In this document: positions 41,742 through 52,100 of the stretch, one piece after another
Layout: the number at the start of each line of letters is the position of its first letter
Position numbering within the stretch: position 1 is the first letter of the stretch
Assembly (NCBI GenBank): GCA_963664705.1
Contig: OY761556.1
Location: 4,768,001-4,832,000, forward strand
Origin: Acidobacteriota bacterium
GTDB lineage: Bacteria; Acidobacteriota; UBA6911
Length of the DNA: 64,000 nucleotides
Reading direction: 5' to 3'
The notes under the pieces: generated by a model
Seen by the model: only the letters and a program-made list of their open reading frames with translations
Database searches by the model: none
What the model was told of the DNA's origin: nothing
Program-made: the position numbers and the translations under genes

Positions 41742-43457
41742 TTAGCGCAGGAGGCCTTTTTGCATCTCTTCGTCGGAAAGATCGAAGACATGATTCGTAG
41801 GCGGCAGGGGAATTCTGTACATATATTCCGGCAGCTTATCCTGGGCCGGGGAAACACCGGATTTGACATTGTATTCATACTCGAGGCGCGCGGTCTGGTG
41901 GCCTTGTTCCCAGAATTCGTCCACCGTCATCTTATCGCCGCAAATACCATAGGCAAACTTGGTGAAGAGCTCCGGTTTCTTGAACAGGTACGCACGGGCA
42001 AAGATGCAGAATCCCATGTTTTCCAAGGCAGCCACCTGCAACTGCGTTTTGCGGGACAGGTCTCCCTGGCCCTCGCAGGACAGAGGAGGAACCGTGGCAC
42101 GGGCGCCGTAGCAATTACCCGTAGTATGATCGCCGCCTTGCGACGTCATCGCGAAGGTAACGCCGTTGCCCTTCAGGGCTCGCGGATCATATCCCGGAAA
42201 TGCCTGGCCCTTTGACATCGGCAGATCATTGATTCCGAAAACTTCACCGGTGGTCTTGACGCCATTGCCGATCACGCGGCCAAGCGGCGTGGCCGCCTCA
42301 ATCTCGTTGAGGAGTTTCATGAAGCTCTCTTCATTGCCGAACTCGGCTATCCCCGCTTCCGCAGCAACGCCGAGCGCGGCGCCAGTCTCGATCGCATCCA
42401 ATCCCAGGTCGTTTACCCTGTCATTCAGATGCGCAATGCTGTCCAGGGTACCCAGGCACAGATTGGAGCCCAGCAGCGACAGGTTTTCATACTGAACCGT
42501 GGAGCAGATCGATTTCCCGCCTTCGTCGGGGAAGATGGACAGGCACTTGATCATGCAGCCGTTCATACAAGCCTGACCGGTTTTGCCATCACCGCCACGA
42601 GCATTAATGAGCTCGACCAATTTTTCGCCGCCGATTTCGGCGAACTTGTCAAAAGCTCCCAGCGTGAAGTTACGGGTGGGACACAGCCCCAGCTCGTTGA
42701 CGATTTTGAACATGCCGGTCGTGCCATAGAGCTGATTCGTCTTTTTGATCGTTGGCATGGCCTCGACAAGCATCTGGTGGTATTCCTTTGCCGCCTCGGT
42801 AAAGACGGCTTTGTCGAAGTATTCCACCTTCGAAGTGCTGGCCGGAACGATCACCACCGCTTTGACCTGCTTGCTCCCCAGCACGGCACCCATGCCGCCG
42901 CGGGCCGCAAAGCGCATTTCGCCTTTGGGAGCGGCGCACACAACGCCCGCGCCTCGCATCAGATATTCGCCGGCAGGGCCGTTGCAGATAATGCCGCACT
43001 TCTCGCCAAACTTGTGCCGCAATGTCTGGATGGTATTCCGCGCGCCCATGTGGAGCAGCTCGTTCATAACCTCGAGCTTAATGCCCTCTTCCGAAACAAC
43101 GAGGACGTAGGTGTTCTTGTCATCGGCGGCAGGCAGGCGCTCGATGATGATGGCGCGGATGCCATGCCTTGCCAGGTCGTTGGCAGCGGTGCCTCCGGAG
43201 CTGGCTTCCTTGATGCCGTTGGTGAGCGGGCTCTTCCCGCCGATGGAAAGCCTGCCGGAACTGGAAACCGCGGTGCCTCCCAGCAGACCTGTGCAAATGA
43301 TGAGCTTATTCTTGATGCCAAGAGGCTCGCAGGTCGCGTCAACCTCATCGTTCATGAAACGGGCGATAAAACCTCTGGAACCGTAGCCGTTATATTTCCC
43401 GGCATCCTCCTGGGTGATCCCCTTGGTCTCCATGTTTACTCTAACAATTCTTGCCAT
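41742..43457 (-). CDS. aor: Aldehyde:ferredoxin oxidoreductase (AOR/WOR family, tungstopterin)
   Basis: SGRLSIGGKSPLTNGIKEA, AARGGMGAVLGSK, CMNGCMIKC, YENL, LGLDAIETG, KGQAFPGYDPRALKG, GGDHT. Confidence 0.93.
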   Translation of the reverse strand: MARIVRVNMETKGITQEDAGKYNGYGSRGFIARFMNDEVDATCEPLGIKNKLIICTGLLGGTAVSSSGRLSIGGKSPLTNGIKEASSGGTAANDLARHGIRAIIIERLPAADDKNTYVLVVSEEGIKLEVMNELLHMGARNTIQTLRHKFGEKCGIICNGPAGEYLMRGAGVVCAAPKGEMRFAARGGMGAVLGSKQVKAVVIVPASTSKVEYFDKAVFTEAAKEYHQMLVEAMPTIKKTNQLYGTTGMFKIVNELGLCPTRNFTLGAFDKFAEIGGEKLVELINARGGDGKTGQACMNGCMIKCLSIFPDEGGKSICSTVQYENLSLLGSNLCLGTLDSIAHLNDRVNDLGLDAIETGAALGVAAEAGIAEFGNEESFMKLLNEIEAATPLGRVIGNGVKTTGEVFGINDLPMSKGQAFPGYDPRALKGNGVTFAMTSQGGDHTTGNCYGARATVPPLSCEGQGDLSRKTQLQVAALENMGFCIFARAYLFKKPELFTKFAYGICGDKMTVDEFWEQGHQTARLEYEYNVKSGVSPAQDKLPEYMYRIPLPPTNHVFDLSDEEMQKGLLR

Positions 43458-43633
43458 ACACCTATGTCTCCTACTTTATTATTCCGGCATCCAAAGATCT
43501 ATCAGCCTGCCTACGGTGACTATGCGCAGACCAAGCAGTCAGACGATCGCCCGTCAGTACGGGTCAACCATCCACACACTTATAATCGTAATAAATAGAT
43601 TTTCAGCTGAGTTTAATTTTCGGGTGCCATCCT

Positions 43634-44356
43634 CTAAGCCATTGTTCCGCATACGGGACAGTCCGGTCTGCGACCGATCCCGAGCGGCGAAAAAGTCCAT
43701 TCAGAACCATTGAAAAGCAGCATTTTTCCTGCCGGTCCTGTTCGTCCCAGCAGATTCTCGACTACCGCCAAAGCCTCCATGGAACCGATAATACCGGCCA
43801 TGGGGCCAAGAGACACTGTTACATGCCCGCCGGTCCGTCTGTTTTCAAACCAGCACGAGAGGCAGGGCGTCTGGCGCGGGGCCACCGTCGTCACATAGCC
43901 GCTCCATCCATCGATCCCGCCATCCACGAGCGGCTTGCCCTGCGCAACACACAAGCGATTGGCCAGCAGACGCGTTTCCCGATTGTCCAGCGCCAGCGCC
44001 ACAAGATCGCTTCCGGCTACCATCGACGGGCCGTTCTGCTCCGTAAACCTCGCCGTTACAGGCGTCACCCGAACCGTGCCGTTCAGCGCCCGCAGGCACT
44101 CCGCCGCCCGTTCAGCCTTCCAGTAGCCTAAATCCGCTTCCGTATAGAGGATCTGACGATTCAGGTTGCTTTCCGATACCCTGTCATCGTCCACAACCGT
44201 GAGGTTTCCTACACCGGCCGCAACCAGATAATATAGCAGCGGAGAACCCAGACCTCCAGCGCCGAGCACGAGTACACGAGCACACGAGAGCTTCTTCTGA
44301 CCTTCTTCGCCAAACAGCGCCGCCTGCCGCGCATAGCGCTCGTTCGTCTCGCTCAT
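43634..44356 (-). CDS. moeB: HesA/MoeB/ThiF family adenylyltransferase
   Basis: ERYARQ, GAGGLGS, DDDRVSESNLNRQ, PCLSC and C-terminal CPVC Zn motif; no rhodanese domain. Confidence 0.88.
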   Translation of the reverse strand: MSETNERYARQAALFGEEGQKKLSCARVLVLGAGGLGSPLLYYLVAAGVGNLTVVDDDRVSESNLNRQILYTEADLGYWKAERAAECLRALNGTVRVTPVTARFTEQNGPSMVAGSDLVALALDNRETRLLANRLCVAQGKPLVDGGIDGWSGYVTTVAPRQTPCLSCWFENRRTGGHVTVSLGPMAGIIGSMEALAVVENLLGRTGPAGKMLLFNGSEWTFSPLGIGRRPDCPVCGTMA

Positions 44357-44553
44357 ATTCTTTCATCCTTTTGGCGCGGGCGAAAGAAATTTCTGAAATT
44401 GAATTGCGTCGGCGCGATCAATCTTTTGGCTCGATCATCCTCCGTTACCCGCACAGCGGAAATGGTACCGCCATGTTCCTGAAGCGATACTCTCTCCGAT
44501 TATGATGATAGCCCCGGCATGCATTGATGTAAAATATTAAAAAGCTATGCAAC

Positions 44554-44570
44554 CATACGGTTTGTCTATG
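44554..44570. promoter_or_regulatory. Putative LysR-type T-N11-A binding box
   Basis: CATA-cggtttgtc-TATG palindrome just upstream of the lysR RBS in the divergent moeB/lysR region. Confidence 0.55.
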
Positions 44571-44586
44571 ATAGGAGGCACGGCCC

Positions 44587-45471
44587 ATGGAACTGCGTCA
44601 GATGGAATACTTTCAAAAGGCGGGACTGCTGCGGAGTATCACCAAGGCGGCGGGGGAGTTGCACGTCTCCCAGCCCTCAGTTACGGTGGCCATTCAAAAG
44701 CTCGAGGAGGAGCTTGGAGTGCCCCTCCTCGATCGGAGTCAGAAGCAGATTGCACTCACACCGGAAGGGCACGTGTGCCTGCGGCGAACGGACGACATTC
44801 TTGCACGCATACGCGATCTGGTCTCTGAGATGAATGATTACCGCTTCGCACAAAAGGGAATCATCAAAATCGGTATCACGCCGGTGATTGGAGCCTATTT
44901 CTTTCCTGCGGCTCTCGCGAGATTTCAGAAGACTCACCCCCGTGTGCAGGTTGCGGTTATTGAAGAAGGTTCTTTGTCGCTCCGAAAGAGACTCGCACGC
45001 GGCGAACTGGATCTCACGATGATGATTACCTCCAAGACGTCCTCCCATCTCGAAACTGTGCCGGTGGCCAAGGGGCAATTGCTTGCCTGCTTCTCGCGCC
45101 ACAATCCCCTGGGCAAACTGAACGAAATCCCCTTTTCCAAACTCCGGGATCAACCTTTCATTATGTTTCGCGAAGATACCTACAGCCGGAAGATGATCCT
45201 GGACGAATGCGCCCGGAACAAATTCACACCCCGGATTGTGTTTTCCTCAAGCCAAATCGAAACTGTCATGGGGATGGTCGGACATGGAGTGGGCATCTCG
45301 TTTCTGTTGGATACCATCGTCACCAAATATCCTGAAGTGATTGGAAGACCCCTGTCCAAACCGTTATTGCTCGAAGCTGGATTAGCCTGGAGCAAGGACC
45401 GATACCTTTCAAAAGCGGCCAAACTTCTTATGGATTCGTTTCTGGAAGCGCCCAAGGAAATCGAGCCTTAG
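44587..45471 (+). CDS. LysR family transcriptional regulator
   Basis: MELRQMEYF...SITKAAGELHVSQPSVTVAIQKLEEELG HTH plus substrate-binding domain; RBS AGGAGG. Confidence 0.95.
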   Translation: MELRQMEYFQKAGLLRSITKAAGELHVSQPSVTVAIQKLEEELGVPLLDRSQKQIALTPEGHVCLRRTDDILARIRDLVSEMNDYRFAQKGIIKIGITPVIGAYFFPAALARFQKTHPRVQVAVIEEGSLSLRKRLARGELDLTMMITSKTSSHLETVPVAKGQLLACFSRHNPLGKLNEIPFSKLRDQPFIMFREDTYSRKMILDECARNKFTPRIVFSSSQIETVMGMVGHGVGISFLLDTIVTKYPEVIGRPLSKPLLLEAGLAWSKDRYLSKAAKLLMDSFLEAPKEIEP

Positions 45472-45609
45472 CTCTCGGAGCCGTCCCGAATGGCGGGCAA
45501 AAGTTTTACACCCCATTAACATCATTGATGAAAAGGCGCGCAGCCGCTGCACCGATAGAGCGGCAAGACTCTCAGTACTCCATGCGAGAGCCGGAAAAGA
45601 GGATCATCT

Positions 45610-46278
45610 ATGGTGAGCGGTATCGACAGCAACCTGGCATCAACAATGGCAAGCAGCCTGTTCTCCAAACTCGACACCAACAATCGAGGCTATCTTCAGA
45701 AATCCGATCTTGAATCTGCTTTCAGCTCCATCTCCAGCGATTCCGATTCAAGCAGTGCGGACGATGTTTTTGACACATTGGATATCAACAGCGATGGCAA
45801 GGTCACGCAGGACGAAATGGCCACAGCCTTGAAGAATATTCTCGGCAGCCAGCCCAATGGCGCCAGCATGCCGGAAGGAGGGCCTGGCGGACCGGGCGGC
45901 ACGCCTCCTCCACCACCACCGGAGGGATCGGACAAAGGATTTACGAAAGATGAATTGAGCACGCAGCTCGAGGAGATCGGCAGTTCCGACAGCAAGCGTT
46001 CTTCGTTGATCTCCAATATCGTGGAAAATTTCGATGAAGCGGATACGGATAAGGACGGCAAGGTGAGCATGCAGGAGGCCATGGCCTTTGATAAAGCTCA
46101 CCAGACATCATCATCCATATCCACCCAAGCCGCTTCGGATGGATCTACGTCCAGCACCGATAGCAAGAACAGCGAGGATCTTTTCATGAAGCAGATCATG
46201 AAATTACTGAGCGCCTATCAGGTAGCCCAAAGCGGGTCGAGCAGTTCTGATAGTTCCAGCCTCTCGATTTCGGCTTGA
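45610..46278 (+). CDS. Ser-rich EF-hand Ca-binding protein
   Basis: EF loops DTNNRGYLQKSD, DINSDGKVTQDE and DTDKDGKVSMQE; GGPGGPGGTPPPPPP linker; no Sec signal. Confidence 0.85.
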   Translation: MVSGIDSNLASTMASSLFSKLDTNNRGYLQKSDLESAFSSISSDSDSSSADDVFDTLDINSDGKVTQDEMATALKNILGSQPNGASMPEGGPGGPGGTPPPPPPEGSDKGFTKDELSTQLEEIGSSDSKRSSLISNIVENFDEADTDKDGKVSMQEAMAFDKAHQTSSSISTQAASDGSTSSTDSKNSEDLFMKQIMKLLSAYQVAQSGSSSSDSSSLSISA

Positions 46279-46284
46279 CCCCAC

Positions 46285-46500
46285 CGGGAGCGCCATGAAA
46301 GCAGCAGCTGCCGGCAAGCAGGCCCTTTCAGAGTTCTTTGAGCTCCGAATATACTCCCGGGCTCGCAAACTCGCCCGGGGCGACTATCTTCCGCGTCTCC
46401 GGCACCGGATCTTTGTTCCACCTATACGAAGCGCCGGAGGCGCGAAAGAACGGCAAGTGCAAAAAGAGTAATTTTCATTAGGCGAGACGCCGGCGATCCC
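46285..46500. repeat. REP/MITE-like element (partial copy) between convergent genes
   Basis: CCCGGGCTCGCAAACTCGCCCGGG hairpin and right-end GCGCGAAAGAACGGCAAGTGCAAAAAG...CATTAGGCGAGACGCCGGC match the 36-kb element. Confidence 0.8.
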
Positions 46501-46516
46501 CCGTGGTCCTTGCTGA

Positions 46517-47353
46517 TCAGTATGCGGCGCTCCCGGTAGAAATGACGTCGCGCGTGTCTATCGTAAATCTCTTATAGCTCGAAAACTGGTGAACATTGCG
46601 CCAGTGCTGTCGTTCGGTAGCGATGTCCACCGTGGCTGATGACGGAAGCCATTCCGCACGCTCCTGAGCCGGGAACTTATGGGGGTCATACAGCACCTCC
46701 ATTTCCATGGATTTGAGGTTATGATCGCTGCGCGACGACTCCAGCCCGGCGATTATTCTGTGAATGGCGCCGGAATCCGGGTCAATCCAGGCGCTTCCTT
46801 TGATGTCCAGCGGATAATCTATTCCGCGCAACCGCAGCGCGGTAGTCGATTTTGTGCCGGCAATGTGCTTGAATTGAATCTTAGCCAGACGGTGACCGTC
46901 GGCTGTCTCATACCCCGCGATCTGATATTCGAAATCGCTCTGATAATAAGGATGAAATACGAGCAGGAGCGTGGGGATGCCATTGGTTATCAGCAGGGGG
47001 ATATTCTTGTCTTTATTCTTTTTCCCTTGCAGCAGCCTGGATTCCTCCACAGAGAAACCCTCATCATCCACGTTCAGCAAGACCAGGTAATCAAAAGTTG
47101 ATTTCTGGATATACTCAGGTTTCCCCTCTTTTCCCAGCTTGGCCTGGGTCACTTTCTCCACGCATGTCACGGATTTGAACTGTGTCCAGAATTCCCCGAC
47201 CGACCTTCTCGCCTGCCCGAGGATAACCTTCAGGCTTGGGCCGTCATCCGGAACGTCACTTTCCGCGGCCTTCGCTGAACTCCCGGCGATGCACAGGCAG
47301 AAACACAGAACCATTCTATGGATCCAATGGTGCATTGTCTTTGGCAGATTCAT
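46517..47353 (-). CDS. Secreted beta-rich hypothetical protein, last gene of the cytochrome operon
   Basis: RBS GGAGG before ATG 47353 (alternative GTG 47392 overlaps the upstream stop); signal peptide; KGSAWIDPDSGAIHRI, WLPSSATV and FSSYKRF, reminiscent of LolA/sigma-E-regulator-like periplasmic folds. Confidence 0.75.
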   Translation of the reverse strand: MNLPKTMHHWIHRMVLCFCLCIAGSSAKAAESDVPDDGPSLKVILGQARRSVGEFWTQFKSVTCVEKVTQAKLGKEGKPEYIQKSTFDYLVLLNVDDEGFSVEESRLLQGKKNKDKNIPLLITNGIPTLLLVFHPYYQSDFEYQIAGYETADGHRLAKIQFKHIAGTKSTTALRLRGIDYPLDIKGSAWIDPDSGAIHRIIAGLESSRSDHNLKSMEMEVLYDPHKFPAQERAEWLPSSATVDIATERQHWRNVHQFSSYKRFTIDTRDVISTGSAAY

Positions 47354-47388
47354 AAATGAACCTCCGGATCGGCAAAGTGTGGATCTAT

Positions 47389-49197
47389 TCACTGAAGTCC
47401 CTTTTCACGCCGCGGCCTCCGATTGTCGAAACGGTAGCCGATAGTCAGAAAGGATTGACGGTAATTCTCGGTGTTGCCGCGGTACACGGTCATTCCTGCG
47501 CCCAGATAATAGTGCGGCCCAAACATCCAGTTCAGATTCCCGGTGACAAAGCGGGAACGGCTTTGGCTGGTGAGGTTGGAAAATACATTTTGCTCGCCGA
47601 TCTGCACATCAAACTGAAGGTTCTCGCCGAGTTCTCGCGACACCATCAACGCCTGATAAGTCCCGCGACCGAAGGAGCTGTCGAACCGGGAATATCGCAC
47701 ATCCGCGCGAATCCCTGTGTGCAGGATATCGGCAGCGGTCACTCCGACCAGGTAATCCCAGGAAGGTCTTGCATCCCCTGATCGGCTGCTGCGGCCGACC
47801 GTTGAATAGAATCCGATTTTGCGAGGCAATTCCAGGTGGAATCCACCGCTCAACCCCTGGAAAAGATATTTATCCAGGAGCCCCGTGCTCAGAAGCCGCT
47901 CATCAAAAGTCGGAATATTTCGGAAGTAGTTCTCGCTGAGATCAAAGCTCAATATCTTCCAGGGTTGCAGCCGGATCGTGAGATAGCTTCGGCTGAGTGC
48001 CAGTCCGGATTGTGCCGGGCTCTGAACGGAATCTCCGGATGCGGTATTCCCCGTCGAGGCGTAGGAATTGTTGAGCAGGTCGTACTGCACATCACTGTAT
48101 ATGGAAAGATATCGTTTATAGAAGATTCCATTTTGAAAAAAGGCAAATTGGCGATCGGGACGCCAGTTGACGCGGGTCAGCGCAACTCCTCCGGTGGTGG
48201 TAAAGCGGAATGAGTCAAAGCTGCCCGCCTCATAATTCACAAATCCGCCGCCCATCTGACGGTGAGGATCGTAATCCCACGAGGTCGGATCCGGAGCTGA
48301 TCCACCGAAAATACCGATCGTTGCCTTGCCATAGCGTCGGCCCAGGTAAAAGCCATCCATGGTGTCCAGGCTGCTGGCCCACGGGACAAACAGCCGGCCA
48401 ACGCCGGCAACCCAGCGCGAATTGGGGTTATCATAGGAAAGGCTCAGATGGTAGGTTCTATTGACCAGGTCGACAAACGTGGGAGTCTGGGAAACACCTC
48501 CCGCTGTATGCCGATATCCGCGGTAATAGCCTCTGAGATTCCAGTAGCTTCCTCCCAGCCGCGTGGCATCGAGTTGAACCGAAAGTCCGGTCAGGGTAGA
48601 GGCCGTTGACCCGGGCTGCTGCAGATAACCAAAATCAAACCCGATCCGACCGCGAGTCCGGTTCACTTCGGGAGAAGGCGGCTTCGGCAAACTTTCCCGC
48701 ACCTCCTGATCCAGTGGATCCTCCTGTGTGAAGCTGATGACCTGCGGGTATCTCCCAACATTGGTCGCGGCCGGCTTTTGCTTGAGCTTTTCGATTTCCT
48801 CGGGCGGCACGCACGCAACGTCTCCGGGATTTATATTTCCGGATCCGGAAATTATCCTGGCTACCGCGGAAGAGGCGGTAACCGATTCAATTTCGATTTG
48901 TGCGACTTCGGTATCTGATGCCCCCCTGCGCCGTATTACAAGTTTCTGGCCCTGAACCAGTCCGGCATCACTTCCGCCTTCCAGGTATACAGCCTCGGCG
49001 GATACATATTTAACTCCATATTGCGAGCCGACTTTGACGTCGGCCAAACACAGAGAGTGAATCAGTGGAAACAGCAGAATCAATGCCGTCATCGCAGTCC
49101 GGATCCGAGCGGATCGCGGCCACAGAGTGCGAAAGCGCGACCGCTGTATTCGCCTACCGGCAGGCATTGGCGATATCGTCATCAAAGGAAGAAACAT
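47389..49197 (-). CDS. Probable outer-membrane beta-barrel protein with small N-terminal beta domain
   Basis: TGATG overlap with the cytochrome stop; signal-like MTALILLFPLIHSLCLA; VYLEGGSDAGLVQGQKL (FlgT-C-like); many alternating aromatic strands; terminal strand FLTIGYRF followed by a short tail. Confidence 0.75.
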   Translation of the reverse strand: MFLPLMTISPMPAGRRIQRSRFRTLWPRSARIRTAMTALILLFPLIHSLCLADVKVGSQYGVKYVSAEAVYLEGGSDAGLVQGQKLVIRRRGASDTEVAQIEIESVTASSAVARIISGSGNINPGDVACVPPEEIEKLKQKPAATNVGRYPQVISFTQEDPLDQEVRESLPKPPSPEVNRTRGRIGFDFGYLQQPGSTASTLTGLSVQLDATRLGGSYWNLRGYYRGYRHTAGGVSQTPTFVDLVNRTYHLSLSYDNPNSRWVAGVGRLFVPWASSLDTMDGFYLGRRYGKATIGIFGGSAPDPTSWDYDPHRQMGGGFVNYEAGSFDSFRFTTTGGVALTRVNWRPDRQFAFFQNGIFYKRYLSIYSDVQYDLLNNSYASTGNTASGDSVQSPAQSGLALSRSYLTIRLQPWKILSFDLSENYFRNIPTFDERLLSTGLLDKYLFQGLSGGFHLELPRKIGFYSTVGRSSRSGDARPSWDYLVGVTAADILHTGIRADVRYSRFDSSFGRGTYQALMVSRELGENLQFDVQIGEQNVFSNLTSQSRSRFVTGNLNWMFGPHYYLGAGMTVYRGNTENYRQSFLTIGYRFDNRRPRREKGLQ

Positions 49198-52100
49198 CAA
49201 TTCCCCCCTGAGCGATGGCATTGATAGCAGTTGGCGCTGTTGTACACGTAGCCGCTCCTTCCTGCATGCTTGGAATCGGTCTGCGCTTTGGTGTGGCAAG
49301 ACGTGCAGGTGAAAACAGAATAGTTTGATGGATTTGTATGACAGTCACTGCACGTTTTGGCATTGCCGTGACTCGTTTTCCACCATGTGTGATTAAAGGT
49401 CGCTCCCGCCCACGAGGTCGTGCTGTGACAGGTGGCACAAGTGGTTGGGAAGCCGGCGGACTGATGGCCCGGATTCGTTGTCGTCTTGTACTCGGAGGAA
49501 TGGCACGCATAACAGTCGGTCGGCGTTCCGGCGTACTTGCCGCTGATATGACATTGATTGCATTGCACACTGGTATGTGCCCCGCTCAGCGGAAATGGCG
49601 TCGTGCCGTGATTAAAGGTTGCACCGGCCCAGGAAGTCGTACTGTGGCATGTGGCGCACTGCTGCGGGAACCCCGCAGACGCATGGTTCGGATTCGTCGT
49701 ACCATTGTAGTTATTCAGGTGGCACGAGACGCAGTTGGTTGCCAGCCCGGCATAGACTCCGTTCTTATGGCAGGAGGTACACGTAACACTGACGTGAGCC
49801 CCAGTCAGCGGAAACGCCGTCTTCGTATGGCTGAAAGCCGCTCCCGTGAAGCTTGTGGTGGAATGGCAGAGCGAGCAGTCCTGCGGATACCCCGACTGTG
49901 CATGATTCGGGCTCGTCGTACCGTTGTAGTTGCTCAGGTGGCACGAGGCACAGGCCGTCGGAAGCCCGGCGTAGACATTGTTTTTGTGGCAAGTGGCGCA
50001 CTGCACAGCCGTGTGGGCACCGGTGAGCGGAAATGGCGTCGTCGCATGATTGAAAGTCGCGCTGGCCCACGATTTCGTGTCGTGGCAGCTCGAACATTGC
50101 TGCGGAAATCCCGCCTGTGAATGATTAGGATTTGCCGTCCCACTGTAATCATTCAGATGGCACGACACGCAAGCCGTCGGAAGCCCGGCGTAGACGTTGT
50201 TCTTGTGACATGTCGCGCACTGTACAGCCGTGTGGGCGCCGGTCAGCGGAAATGGCGTTGTTGCATGATTGAAAGTCGCTCCGGCCCAGGCCGCCGTATT
50301 GTGGCAGGTCGTGCACTGCTGCGGAAACCCGCCCTGCGTATGGCTGGGGCTTGTGGTGCCGTTGTAGTCATTCAGATGGCAGGATACACAGGCCGTGGCA
50401 AGGCCGGCATAAACATTGTTTTTGTGACACGTCGCGCAGGGCACGCCTGTGTGCCCACCGCTCAATGGGAAGGCTGTTGCGGCGTGGTTGAAGGTTGCAC
50501 CCGCCCAGGTGGTCGTACCGTGACAGGCTGAGCACTGCTGCGAGAACCCGGCAGATCCGTGGTTCGGATTCATCGTACCCTTGTAGTTATTCAAGTGGCA
50601 GGACACGCAGTCCGTGGCAAGGCCCGCATAGACATTATTTTTATGGCATGTGGCGCATGGGACATTCGTATGCGCGCCGGTCAATGGGAACTTCGTCTGC
50701 GTGTTGTGATTGATCGAAACACCGCCCTGCCAGGAGGAGGTGCTGTGGCACTGACTGCAGTTCTGTGGATAGCCGGCAGCCGCATGGTTCGGATTCGTCG
50801 TACCCTTGTAGTTATTCAGGTGGCAGGACGCACAGTCGGTGGCAAGGCCTGCATAAACATTGTTTTTGTGGCACGTGGCGCACTGCACGCCTGTGTGCGC
50901 GCCGGTCAACGGAAACTTCGTCTGCGTACTGTGATTGATCGAAACGCCGCCCTGCCAGGAAGAGGTGCCGTGGCACTGGCTGCAATTCTGCGGGAACCCG
51001 GCCGCGGCATGATTCGGATTACTTGTACTCTTGTAGTTATTCAGGTGACACGATGCGCAGTCCATGGCAAGGCCCGCATAGACATTGTTTTGGTGGCACG
51101 CGGTGCATTGCGTATTTGCATGAGCGCCGCTTAGCGGGAATGCCGTTGTGCTGTGGCTGAAAGCCGCGCCCGCCCAGGACGTTGCACTATGGCAGCTGGT
51201 GCACTGCTGTGGAAAGCCGGCTGCTGCATGGTTCGGCTTTGCCGCACTCTTATAATCCGCCAGATGGCAGGACACGCAGGAGGTTGACAGGCCCGCATAG
51301 GCGTTGTTTTGGTGACACGAAGCGCATTGTACGCCGACATGGGCGCCGCTCAGCGGGAACTGCGTGGAAGCGCTGTGATTGAAAACAGCGCCGGCCCAGC
51401 CCGCGGGCGTGTGGCAGCTTACACAGTTACCGGAGAACCCCGCAGCCGCATGATTCGGGTTGTTCGTCGCTGAGTAATCCTTGGCATGGCAACTGATGCA
51501 GTCCGGCGAGGTGCCTGAAAACTTGCGGTTCGCGTGACAGGAGGTGCATTCGAGCTGGCCATGCCCGCCCGTCAGGACGAAGCCGGCGTAGCGGCCATGG
51601 TCGAACTTGTTACCCATCCAGCTGTCCATGCCGGCATGACACGACAGGCAGTCGGAGGGGAATTGGGCCGCGACATGATCCGGGGACTTCGCTGCTTTAA
51701 AATCGCCCGTGTGGCAGGACGCACAATCGGTGCTCAATCCCTTGAATTGCCCGACGGCGGCGCTTTTGTGACACGATATACAATCCGATGCAGCATGGGC
51801 ACCCATGAGCGGAAAACGATTCGTATGGTTTTTTGCGCTTGTCAGCGTCACACGCCAACCTCGGACGGAGTGACACTGCTCGCAATTGCTCCCCATCTGG
51901 CGGCGGTGAAAATCGGCGTGGCAATCCGCGCACTGCCGGCCCACATTGCTGAACACAAGCTTGGAGTGACACTGTCTGCAGCCTACACCGGTGTGCATCC
52001 CGCGCAATGGATAAGGTGTTTCCGAATGTTTGAAGTCGGGGAAAGGCCTGATCGGCTTGTAGCTCGTAGAGGCATGGCAGTTCGCGCATGGAATTGTAAT

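Noticed and set aside
43458-43633. Moco/Tuco riboswitch upstream of aor
   Set aside because: Only a small hairpin (CCCGTACTGACGGG) is visible and the conserved Moco-motif segments could not be found; an Rfam scan would settle it.
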